Assembly: GCA_001655205.1 (NCBI GenBank)
Contig: LPNZ01008646.1
Span: 1 to 38,578, forward strand
DNA length: 38,578 bases
Source of the DNA: Lenisia limosa
Lineage: Eukaryota > Protista > Breviatea
Reading direction: 5' to 3'
Shown here: piece after piece, positions 22,701 to 33,900 of the stretch
Numbering within the stretch: the stretch's first letter is position 1
How the letters are laid out: every line of letters begins with the position of its first letter
The notes under the pieces: model-generated
What the model saw: only the letters and a program-made list of their open reading frames with translations
Told to the model about the DNA's origin: nothing
The model's database searches: none
Made by a program: the position numbers and the translations under genes

Positions 22701-25700
22701 CGAGGCCCTCATGTGCATGGTCCTCAAGGAGGCTGAGACTGCCAATGGTGGGAATCCGGTTGTGCCGTGTCTGGTATTATTGACTATAATGCGGACTTGT
22801 TCGTGCTGTTTAAGCTGTATTTGTATGGGTGACTGAATTACGTTACATTTTGTGCTTATCAACGACCTGCAGATGACATTTAACGGGATATAGATGAAGA
22901 GGTCTGGGACGGCCTTCGGGATGTGGTCCAGAAGTTGCCATCTCCACAGCTGCCAACCCTCATGAGAATCCTCGACTCGCTCAGGATCCTTCAGGACGCC
23001 TGTGACCATGTGGGAAAGATTCAATCTACGCTTTTCTCATAGTATACTATATCATATGATATGCTATTATAATACTATTAATCCGGTATCTTTCATCGAC
23101 TGACTGAAACCGCTGTGTTATTGATATTTAAGAGCAAATATTGGTTTTTAATTCTCTTAGGAAGATTCAATTGACAGGGCTGTTGCAACTGATGAAGAGA
23201 AGGAAGAAACCGAGGACAACAATGAAGAGAAGGAAGAAACTGAGGACAACAATGAAGAGAAGGAGGGAGAAGAGGAAGAGATGAAATTGGGAGAGAAGGA
23301 AAAGGATAAAGAAGAGACAATGAAAGCGGGAGAGGAAGAGATAATGAAGGAAGAAGAAGAGGAAAAGGAAGTGAGAGAGGAAGAGATGGAAGAAGAGGCA
23401 TCTAAGGAGAGTGACACACAAGTTGAGGACTTCGGTGTTGCGGAAACCGACAACCAAGAACCCAGTGAAACTAAAGTCATTACTGGCAAGAATGACGATG
23501 GAAACATGAAAGAAGATAATGAAGAAGAGAATTTTGTTGATGATGAGGATCTGAAGGTAGAAGACAAGGGCGAAGATGCTCAAGACAAGGCACATGACGA
23601 CAGTGACATGACCGACAGCAATGATGATGCCTATGACATGGACTGTGATGCTGCTCTCAAGGCCCTGGTCACCCCTCAGGACTGTAGCCTGAAGCAGGAA
23701 ACTGGTAATGACGTTCCTCTGGTCATGTCGGGTCCTATGGGCATTTGTAGGGGGGTAGTGTTGTCCCATTGCTTCATTTACCATGTCATTCCCTCGGTAA
23801 AAGACCTTACCGTCTAGCCGCCAGCCTGCTGAGCTCCCTCCTGGAAGACCCCATATTATCTGCCAAGGGCCTTCCAAAGGTCTTCTCCGTGCCCATTGGT
23901 AGGCATTTGTGACGTATGGGCTGCTGTTTTGCCCCTTACTGTCCAGAAACGTCCCTTGACAGTGATGGTGACTCTTGGGCCCGTGTTGTGGACGAGTGCT
24001 GCCAGACACTCGAAAACGCCTACTCGGGTATGCCAAAATAGGGTCGCAATGGGACAACATGAATAGGATGATCCGATAGTGTAGTAGTTGGCGTTGTTTG
24101 GCTTTTAATCTGTTTTCAAAAAAGTGCATGGAAAACAACACTCAAAGCTGACTTTGCAGTGCCGTCGTCGACGGCCGTCCTGTCTGCTGCCGCTGACATG
24201 ACTGCTTCCAAGGCCCTCTACGACTCAAGGTACGCCGTCCTGGGGTATGGCGAGCTATTTTGGGACGCAACCGAGTTGATGTATCAGGGCTCCCGAGGGT
24301 ATGCCGAACGCAGCAGTCAGTCTTGGCCTTCTCGCAGCCTATTGCGACGAGTTGCCTGTCGGCTTGTTCGATGGCCACATGGACAAACTCCAGGCTGCAA
24401 TGGGTATGTGGCGGCTGGTGGAGTTTCGATATGAATCTTGGAGTGTGCTGAACATTGTCGTTTTGGAATTGCGCCATCCCTTATTTTTTTGCCCAGATAT
24501 GGATGACGCTGACGCTCGGATTATTATGATGGAGGCGCGGGTGAAGGCCATGAAAAAGCCTCAGGTTTGGTCAAAACACAATGTTCAAAATGGGCACAAA
24601 TGTTACTTTTAGAACCAATGTGATATTTTCAATTGATACCACAGGGCACAACCGCTCGGAGAATCCTGAACCTTCTTGCTCACTTGGCAGAACAGGACGA
24701 CACAGGTAGGTGACATCCCCGCCTCTTGAATCGGATGTCTCACTATGCAGCCCCCGAAACGGCGCTGTCCATGGCGGGCGCTCTGCGTGCCGGCGGCTCG
24801 GAAGCTGTGGTTGCCGACAACGAGATCCTGGAAACGTTCGAACAGGTCGGTTCGGCCTCCTCTCTTCTCCAGTCCACTAGGCATTATGACACTGTAGCAA
24901 GATGAAGGTGAAGAGACGCCCGCCTTCGCTGCCATGGCCCTGGTCATGGCGCCAATGCTCAAAAGTGGCGGGGCGTGCATGTGATACGCGGTAGCTGTCT
25001 CTAATTGTGACACATTGATATTATTGGAGGATCCCTCCGGTCCGTTGTTACCTTCTGACCGGGCAGTTGACACCGGAATGGCGGCGGTGCTGCTGCAGTC
25101 GGCTCCGTTTGCCGAGCCGAGGTTCAAGAAGAAAGATGCCAAGTCCGACAAGGTGCGAATGGTGATAATATTTTCTGATATCCTCTTGGTATTGATTGTA
25201 TGCTGGGGAGGCACGCAGAAAGCTGTGTGCACAGAGTTGTCAGGCAAATGATGGGGTGAATTAATATTTATCGTACTCTAATCATTATAACCATTATAAA
25301 CGTGATGGTGTGGACGGCTTCGGCCTGATACTCTTATTTTTTCTCATTTCTACATATTGATTGTTGAGTATTTTACAATGACCCTTCTTTCAGACCACAA
25401 GCGAGGTTGGAAAAGAAAAGAAGACAAAGGAGACAAAGGAAAAGAAGGACAAGAAGAAGCGTGAAAGAAGCCGGAAGCCTCGGGAAAAGGTCTGCGATGT
25501 ACTTATGTGATTTCAACAACTTCCCTTCAGTTCGAACTGCGGTCCGAAAAAGACCGTTTAAATATCGATATTATCCAGGATTTATCGAGAGATTCGGTCT
25601 TTTTTTGGGACCGTAGGGAAGTCCTAGTTCGAACCAAGAGATAAGCCCGCAATATCTCGGTTGAAAATAACACTGATGGCTTCTAACTATTTAGAAACAG

Positions 25701-26344
25701 AAGGATCGTTCAGTCCGTGAGGAACTCTATGTGGAGGTTTGGCGGGTGAATTTGGGCATATCTAGGGATTCACTTTGGTTCGCTTCGAAAAAAGACTGAG
25801 TATCTCGATAAATCCTCGAAAGCTATCGATATTCTGACAGTCTTTTTCGAAGTAAAGTCCTCGTCATACATGACCTCAATTGGCTTCAGATTGTGTTCTC
25901 ACACCCCATAACCCTGCAGGTTGACGACGTGACTTTACGCAAGGTTGGCGGCGTCAACAAGGCCGTCCAGAGCCTGCTGGCGGACTCCGGCCTCCACTAC
26001 GACGGTTGGTGTCCAATGGGCCTGAGAGGTCTGACACCCCAGAGGAGGCGTATAATGAGATGATGGGCCACTACGATGCCGATAAAATGGATCACCTGAT
26101 CACCGGTTTGAGGATGACGTTTCCGATTCTGTCTCCTCCTCCCTTACCCCCCAGGTCCGGCCGACTCGCCGTTTGAGCAGGTTCCTGACGTGGCAGCCAT
26201 GATGCGGTTTGCCGCCGCCATCATGGCCCATCGCAAGCCCGCACCAGTCTGGGGGGGGGGGGGNNNNNNNNNNNNNNNNNNNNNNNNNNNNNNNNNNNNN
26301 NNNNNNNNNNNNNNNNNNNNNNNNNNNNNNNNNNNNNNNATATA

Positions 26345-26380
<36 letters not shown>

Positions 26381-26626
26381 ATATGCATATAGTATATACT
26401 AGTGGTATATAGCTATATAGCAATGATAAATAAAATAAGGTTTTATCTGGCCGAAGCCATCCACACAATCACTCGAGATGTTGGATTAATTGCCTATAGG
26501 AGGCTGAGGATGCCGTTGTGGCAGAAGAAGATGCCCCACAGAATGTCGAACCTATGGATGTGGGTGGAGGGGTCTCCAAATTCACACCAAATTCGAAGTT
26601 TTGTCTTTTTACGTTTTCAGGTCTGA
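19741..26626 (+). CDS. Actin-binding protein: tandem calponin-homology (filamin/ABP-120/alpha-actinin type) ABD + E/K/R single-alpha-helix + two degenerate RhoGAP-like domains separated by an acidic linker
   Basis: CH1/CH2: MGGTEWIEMQKK|TFTRWANTHL, DLAEGLADGVTLCHLIEII, KINNIGIAFKFIESKGI, LGLTWILILRF, ELLAWV, NFTS, DGKVMCSL, PDELSVMTYVSNF. SAH about 22070-22245. RhoGAP-like 1: VFGVAV..VPAVVMDCCDAID..LTAWLGALPE..VVQKLPSPQLPTLMRIL. RhoGAP-like 2: VFSVPIE..RVVDECCQTLE..LLAAYCDELP..RRILNLLAHLAE. Exon phases are compatible across 23020-23161. Stop TGA at 26624-26626. Confidence 0.82.
20154..20291. repeat. Intronic minisatellite, 34-bp unit x4
   Basis: tcca[g/a]ctctcattcgataaagttac[c/t]ctctgaca repeated four times. 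Near-identical units and no unique spacers, so not CRISPR. Confidence 0.92.
20831..20950. repeat. Intronic minisatellite, ~19-bp unit x6
   Basis: tgttgttgccttgttatga variants running up to the 3' splice site at about 20955. Confidence 0.9.
25198..25354. repeat. Adjacent copies of dispersed repeats A (25198-25267) and B (25302-25354) in one intron
   Basis: Sequence identity with 2474-2541 and 18140-18193 respectively. Confidence 0.8.
25519..25622. mobile_element. Diverged MITE copy, opposite orientation
   Basis: Inverted ends acttccc..gcggtccgaaaaagaccg / cggtcttttttgggaccgtagggaagt. The internal core is the reverse complement of cgataaatcct..atcgatatt. Confidence 0.65.
25763..25861. mobile_element. 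Diverged MITE copy
   Basis: tagggattcactttggttcgcttcgaaaaaagactg..cgataaatcctcgaaagctatcgatatt..cagtctttttcgaagtaaagtcct. Confidence 0.7.
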
Positions 26627-27085
26627 CCTCAACTCGATATTTGATACCATTTTGCCTCAACCTGTTTCTTTTAGTTGTTTCATGTAGTTTTCCCTTTCTT
26701 TTGATATGATATATTAGTTTAGGCCTCAAGAAGTAAATTGGTTTTCTGGTTTTTGTAGAGAGCATTTTTGTCACTTTCCTTGTTGTCAAAGCAGCAAGCA
26801 ATACCATCAAATGTCAAAGCCAAAGTTAACAGACGGTTTATTCCCCATATTATGTCCTCCTAGGCCTGTTAAAGATGAGAATAGTTTGCCCGAGCACATG
26901 TGATGGTGACTCTTGCATGACTTTCTTTTTATCATATCCCTTTGTTTCCTTTCTTTTTGTTTATTTGTACTCCGATTTTCAACATCTAACAACCCAGATG
27001 ACAGATAACGAGAGCAACAGCTGCTCCAACATTGTACCGCGTTTCTTTGTTGCAAAATGGCTGCATAATAAACACAACTACTGAA

Positions 27086-27231
27086 AGCACAACATCACAT
27101 AACATAACACATATCACATAACATACATTAACATCACATACACATCACATACACATCACACAAACATACACATCACATACATTAATATCACATACACATC
27201 ACATACATTAATATCACATACACATCACATA
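27086..27231. repeat. Degenerate (ACATCACATAC)n / (ACATA)n simple repeat
   Basis: Run of acatcacat/acataac units. Confidence 0.85.
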
Positions 27232-27278
27232 ACTACTAACTACTCCCCAGTTGCCATGTCCATTTCAACATCAACGGG

Positions 27279-27767
27279 GGCCTACTTTGTGAAGTCTCAT
27301 TTTGGGCTTGAGTGAGAACTTTCCGATCTTGTCATTGGCTGAAGGGTGAGTGGTCAGATTTGACCAAAGTATATAAGAACAGTTTACCACAGTCGCTGTT
27401 ATGAGATCTGATTGATTTTGGACAAGACGTATAGAAAGCTAAAAGAGAACCCATGTTAAAATGCATAAAAGGATATAAACAGTGTCGTTGTTCGCACCGA
27501 TTATTTCGATGAGGTGGCAGAGCGCGACACTCAGCCAGGTCCTCCATCTGCTTTGTCAGAGGGGCAGGGATGATTATGCGAATCTTAGGAAGACAAACAC
27601 AATGAAAAAGGGAACATTGAAGGAATTCTTTGCCATTGACAACGGGACAAGCCAACTCACCATCGCCCATCATCTGCTGAACGTCTAAAGAGGTAAAACA
27701 AAGAGCACGATATGAAAACAAACCTTCTTTTGCATTTCGATCTATTCTGTGCCACCCATGTTGCTTC
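27279..27767 (-). pseudogene. Inverted, unprocessed partial duplicate of the 5' end (exons 1-4, CH1) of the 19741 gene
   Basis: The reverse complement matches 19734-19776, 19814-19830 and 20365-20672, including intron sequence. Trp codon TGG has become TAG (27742-27744), and a ~14-nt deletion in the DLAEGLADG exon shifts the frame. Confidence 0.9.
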
Positions 27768-27999
27768 AAAGGGAAGGTAAGTGGCTGAAACACAAAACTA
27801 CTCTATTAGAAAATGACAAGGCAAGCCGAGTTATTTGAGTGGCCCGCCTGAAACTTATTTCTCGTTTAAATTCTATCATTATTAGCCTAAAGAAGAAAGG
27901 AAAGACCCCAAAGAGGAAATCCTGAAAGCAGAATGCTGTACCAGTATTTATACATTTATAAGTTTGGGCCAGCCCACAAAATGGCCCTACTAGCCAAAA

Positions 28000-30900
28000 A
28001 TGGAGAACCCAGATGATGGGGATGATGTATTTGGATCATTTGGTGAAGGAGTACAGGGAGACACGATTGTAACAAAGGTAAATCTCAACACACTGACCTC
28101 CCCTCATCCCCCTCTTGGAGTTTATACCTAGTTACAACAACAAAGTAGTAAATTATTCATTATCGCAGACCTTTGGACACCGCTACCTCAACGCTACTGA
28201 GCATGTCAACACCAGGATCGCGGAGCTTCGACTTGGCACGGATGTCAAATCCCTCGACCTCACCTTTGAGAACCTGACTGATGGCGATAGTGTGGAGCTC
28301 GCCCGGGGTGGGGGGGGGGAGGGTAAGGGNNNNNNNNNNNNNNNNNNNNNNNNNNNNNNNNNNNNNNNNNNNNNNNNNNNNNNNNNNNNNNNNNNNNNNN
28401 NNNNNNNNNNNNNNNNNNNNNNNNNNNNNNNNNNNNNNNNNCATAGTAATAATATTTGGAGAAATGGGTTTTTTATTTCTAGCTGGTTTCTGTTCCCTCT
28501 TGTATTTTCACCTTTGTTTTGCGTTGGAAGTTTTAAGCACCCTGAACAACAGAGCAGTGCACAAACTTGACCCAGCAGGACTGGTCACAACGAATTCTTT
28601 GGAAGAGCTCGTGTTGGACTGGTGCATGATGACGGCTGATAGTGCCACTGTGTTTGCTAAGGGTCTTGAAGCGTGTCCTTCTATCAAGGTCTGCTGACGG
28701 TACAATGAGATGTCTTCATACGTTGAGCATACTGCAAAATTTGAATATGTGTACGTTCATATCATATACTATATCATATGATATTTTGCACTTGAAATGC
28801 AGATAACCTTTTGCCTTTTCCCATTTGAAATAGTATGTCTATATATAGGTATATCTAGATATATATATATATGTACATATTATAATATACTTCATTGTTA
28901 TATGATATGATATATATATCATATAGCATATCATTTTGTATTTATTTTATAAGTGTTACAAGTCAATAGAAAGTTGTGCCTAATAGAGGGGAATACAGGA
29001 TCGGTTTTGCATTGCTCTTCTCATTGTGAGTTTTTACTAACATTTTGCAAAACTACAAAGGTGCTAACAACCAGGTTCTTCGCCTGGGGTGGACAAGATT
29101 GGACACTAAGGCAATACAGGCCATTTGCGAGGCTCTCTCTTTTCCTGGTGAGGATAAAACAGCATCTTGACATTTGGGAATCATGACTTCCGCGGGGATT
29201 CACGCAGTGTGAAAGTGAATCTGCCCTTATGTGTCTCTAGGATGCCAGCTTGAGGCCCTGCATTTGAACTCCGCCAATTTGTCACCTCTTGCTCTTCATG
29301 CTGTCTTTTCATGTTGGTTTCTTTCCCTATTCAGGCCACATATCAGCTCTCACCTTATTCTTATTACCCACTTCCCACCACAGGTGTACGAAACCTTGCC
29401 CATCTTCACACATTGGATTTGTCGCATAATCGAATACCAGAAGACCTTTGGCCATCTGTTAGTTGTTGCCTTACAATAATATTGAAAAATTGTTTTGCTG
29501 TTGTGCCATCTTATGATGAATCGCAGTAAAAAGATACAAATATCATATACACTGACCTGGATAAGTGTTGACCGATTTGCTCTCTGATTTCCCAAGTAAA
29601 ATCGTTCAAGACTTATCCCTGTCACTGTACAAATACATACAATTAGTCAACCTAATTTGATGTGTTTGATGAGTGTGACGTTTCACCAAACAGGCTATGT
29701 TTGAACTCGGCCATGTCACAGGCCTGACGTCGCTGAACTTATCCGACACGGGTATGACTGAGGATGTGGTCTCGTTCGTCGCGTCGGCCGTCAGCAATTT
29801 GGAACATTTGAGGGTCCTCTCCTTGTCAAAGAACGCTATTGGTGGGTCTCGTCTTTGCCTCAAGTATCACTCAGTACAGTGCATGGTATATCATTGTGTC
29901 ATAATTTGTTTTTATTTATTTTCATCTTATACTTGTTCACACTGAATAGGGGATGATGGATTGGAGTGTCTCTCGGCCCCCATAGCATGGTCAGCAGCTC
30001 TAACGCATCTGAACTTGGGAGAGACTGAGGCCACTGGGCGAGGCTTCTTGAAATGGGGGGTGGCCATCTTGTCGGGATGTGAGGTCAATGTTTGTGGGGT
30101 TTCTTTCTCTAATTATTACCAAGATATTTGTTTTACACAGGTGAAGATCCCTTTTACCAAGTAGAAAGACACCTTCGGTAGTGATGTCTCCCAAATTTCC
30201 GCCGTTTTACCACTATTACCCTCTCCATCGAAACCTTATGGTGGTCTCTCCCATCTTGGACTTGGTATGCGTTCATCCCTCCAAGCCAGAATACTACACA
30301 CAATATAGTATATAGTGTATCCATACAGTATCTAAGAAGAGGAGAAAAGGGTATTGGACTCGGATTTCTCCTTCACTCTGTAGCTGGTAACCAAGATTTT
30401 GGGACGAGTGGCATCAAAGCCATTTTAGCTACCTTTTTGGGCCTGAAGAAAAGTAATCGACGGTTTGCACTCTGAAGCTATTACGAAATATGAAGCTATT
30501 ATGGTATTTTTTAGTTTGTTATATTAAAATCTTGCCTGAAGTGTAAATCTTCAAGTGGTTGTATATTTGGACTTTACACTGTCATGATTTTACCTCCCTA
30601 GTCCTTTGGTCAGTTTGGACTTGGCATGTTGTGGGATTGGTGATGCTGGAAGCGCACCGTTGCTCCAACTCGTGGTATGGGGTGACCTATTGATTGGAGA
30701 GTGGAAATGGGTCTTTCCTTGCTCAATCATTCAGTCGAACTCTTTCCTCTCCCGAATCAACCTTGCAAGCAACGGATTCTCGTCATCAAGCTTCCCAGCT
30801 CTAAGTGTGTGATTTGTATTGCGTTAGTTCATTTGAGAATCCTCTGGCTCAATAGGCTGTATGTTTTCAAGTGCCGTCGAATAGAATAGCTTTGTTTTTT

Positions 30901-33900
30901 GGACTTTATACGGATCAGATATTCCATGCTGTATCTCTCATTTCCAAATTCCGAACATATTGAGTCAATGGTTGTCTCCTTCTTCTCTTGCTGTAGAAGC
31001 GACTGGCCTGGACTTTGTTTGTTTTGTTGTTATCAACCCTCATGTGTTACCAGCTAACAGAGTTGATTTGGGATTTTTTTTCATAAATTGTCCAATTTTA
31101 CTCCCCTCCCCCCAGCCAACCTGCTCCTCTGCAACCACGTGACCACCCTGTCACTGGAGGGGAACGCTCTCCTTCCCTCCGATGATGAGGAGCTACGGAA
31201 CCTTGTTGACTTCTTTGCAGCCGAGGAGGCCGGGAAAAGTTGGTGGATCCTTTCCTCATTTAATCATGCTGCGATGTGTAAGAGTTGTATTATACAGATG
31301 GATATTATATGTTTCCTGTTCTGTATTCGACAAAACTGCTGTAAACCATGATGCCCCCCCCCCCCCNNNNNNNNNNNNNNNNNNNNNNNNNNNNNNNNNN
31401 NNNNNNNNNNNNNNNNNNNNNNNNNNNNNNNNNNNNNNNNNNNNNNNNNNNNNNNNNNCCGTGACACTGGTGGGTTTTGGGTTACATCGTGAAGTGTCGT
31501 GATGGTTGGCTGACCTTCAGAACAAAAAGAATCTGATATACAGTAGTGTGTTTAATGATAGTTTTATTTCAGTTAAAGAGGGACGCAAACAATGATAGCA
31601 ACATAGTTATCCCTTTGTAATTTCGTAAATTAGAAAACATTGTGAAATAAAACAACACGTTATCAGATACAAAACCTCAGTAACAAGTGAAATAAAAATG
31701 ATGGGCAATGCCGTTTTGCTATTAAGGAAAAAACTTTTTCCTATTCCTCATGTCGTGATGTTCACTTCTCAATTGAACAGCAAAAATTAATATGTGATCA
31801 CACTTTTGAGATTGATATGATATTAAGAATCAATAATGAAACGCATATCTTGTGCTTTTTTGTGATATTCGGTGTTTTACCTCCTGTCGCGAGATTGTAC
31901 TAACCCGAGTTCAGCTCCTGACGGGGGTATTTCCTTCGGGTACGGACTTGAGGCCTCTTGTGGACTCTCTCAAGGTCGTCAATATGACATACACCCAGGT
32001 TGGATGAGGAAAGGTAACATCACACTTTCCAGCATATGAAAGTTGTAGCATTTAACGGGAGATAAATATTGTTGAGAAGTTTTTCTTTAACATTCCATTT
32101 CCTTCCCCAAATCTTCCATCACCCCCAGGCCCCGCCCACGCTATTCAGTGTGGCGGCGGCGCAACTCAGCCCCCATGCCGANNNNNNNNNNNNNNNNNNN
32201 NNNNNNNNNNNNNNNNNNNNNNNNNNNNNNNNNNNNNNNNNNNNNNCCCGGTCCGCTCCAGGCCTTCGTGGCCAGTGTCAAGGTATTCCGACTTTTGGGT
32301 AGGGCTTCACTTCGGTAAGAAAAAGACCGGTTAAGATTGATCGAGCTTTTTCGAACCGAAGTGAAGCCCTACGGACTTAAAGAGTTTCGGTAAATCCATC
32401 CAAACGCTCAAGAAAGAAAGTCACTCTCATAGTCTTGCCCTGTGTGCGAACGGAAATTCTTCACCATCCCTCCACGCTTCATGTCCGAGTCCGTAATGTG
32501 GGTGGTGTTGAGGGGCTTTTTCGTGCTTTCTTCGGGTTTAAATAAGTGAATAGGATATGAAGCTATATGATTTGAGGTATGTGATGGTGTGGACGNNNNN
32601 NNNNNNNNNNNNNNNNNNNNNNNNNNNNNNNNNNNNNNNNNNNNNNNNNNNNNNNNNNNNNNNNNNNNNNNNNNNNNNNNNNNNNNNNNNNTACAGAGAT
32701 ACCAAGAAATGTCTATATTTGGTCTTTTTATGACCCATTTCAGTTCCGAGAGCCCCTCGGTCCTCTTTGACGAGTTGGACAACCTGGCTGCTTCCATCCC
32801 CCCGGTCATCAACTCAAGTTGAAGGGGGTAGACTTGTTCTCCTTATTCTAATTTCTCTTAGACAAATAATATTCATGACTTATACAAAACTAATTGCTGT
32901 CTTCTATAATTCATGACTTATATACTACTTTCTGTCTTTTATAATTCATAACTGATATTATACTAATTGCTGTCTTTTTCTTTTTTAACCCCCGCATGGC
33001 GAAATGACAAAAGAGCGGTTCTTTGCTTCACACATCCCGCACCACCCGTTGGAGTGATGGGATGCGGCGGTGNNNNNNNNNNNNNNNNNNNNNNNNNNNN
33101 NNNNNNNNNNNNNNNNNNNNNNNNNNNNNNNNNNNNNNNNNNNNNNNNNNNNNNNNNNNNNNNNNNNNNNNNNNNNNNNNNNNNNNNNNNNNNNNNNNNN
33201 NNNNNNNNNNNNNGTGTTCGGCCAGAGGTACTGGCGTCTTGGGGTCCTGGTACTCGGACCAAGAAAGAGGTGAGAGGGGGCGGGGGGTCTATCGCCAACT
33301 TCCTTCTGTCTTGTCATTTGTGTTGGTGTACTGTACCTCAAGGCATCATAAACCCTCCATTACTCTGCTTTTGCCTTTCTGACTGACCCTATCAGCTCGA
33401 GACGAAGGTCTGGCCTGGGTGGACGGACATCTCAAGCAACAGTCCCGAGTCTGTCTCGGCTGCCACTGTCGTCACTCAAGACACGTCAGTTGTCATCGAA
33501 ACAAAGTGGGGTGGGGTGGGGGGTCCGATAGCCAACTATTCTATTGCACAATTTAAATCCAACTACAAGTGTCCTGGGAGTAAAATTGTCCGAGAAGCGG
33601 GGGGGTCGTGCCCTCTCTGCAGATCTGAAGCTCGATGATCTGTGCACGGAAACTCCCAACAACTATCACTGCATCTTGTCTGTTCATATTTCCATTACTT
33701 GAAACTGACGGTGCAGTCTTGTCTGCAGCCGCACGTGCGCTCTAAAGCCCTTCAATGAGACCCCAAAACTGAAGCGCCCTGCCCCGAACAATGATACGCG
33801 TGAGGGGAGGAAATGAAGGATCAATGAAGAATATTGGCGTGAAGGTACTAATCACGAAGCGAATATTCTGAAACCAAACAAAAAAACTCGCGGGGGGGGG

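Noticed and set aside
23157-24141. Long minus-strand ORFs of 324 aa and 136 aa (also 21803-22233)
   Set aside because: Antisense shadows of E/K/D-rich plus-strand exons, giving F/L/S-rich low-complexity translations.
27332-27793. 153-aa minus-strand ORF as an independent gene
   Set aside because: It reads through introns and shifted frames of the inverted pseudogene copy.
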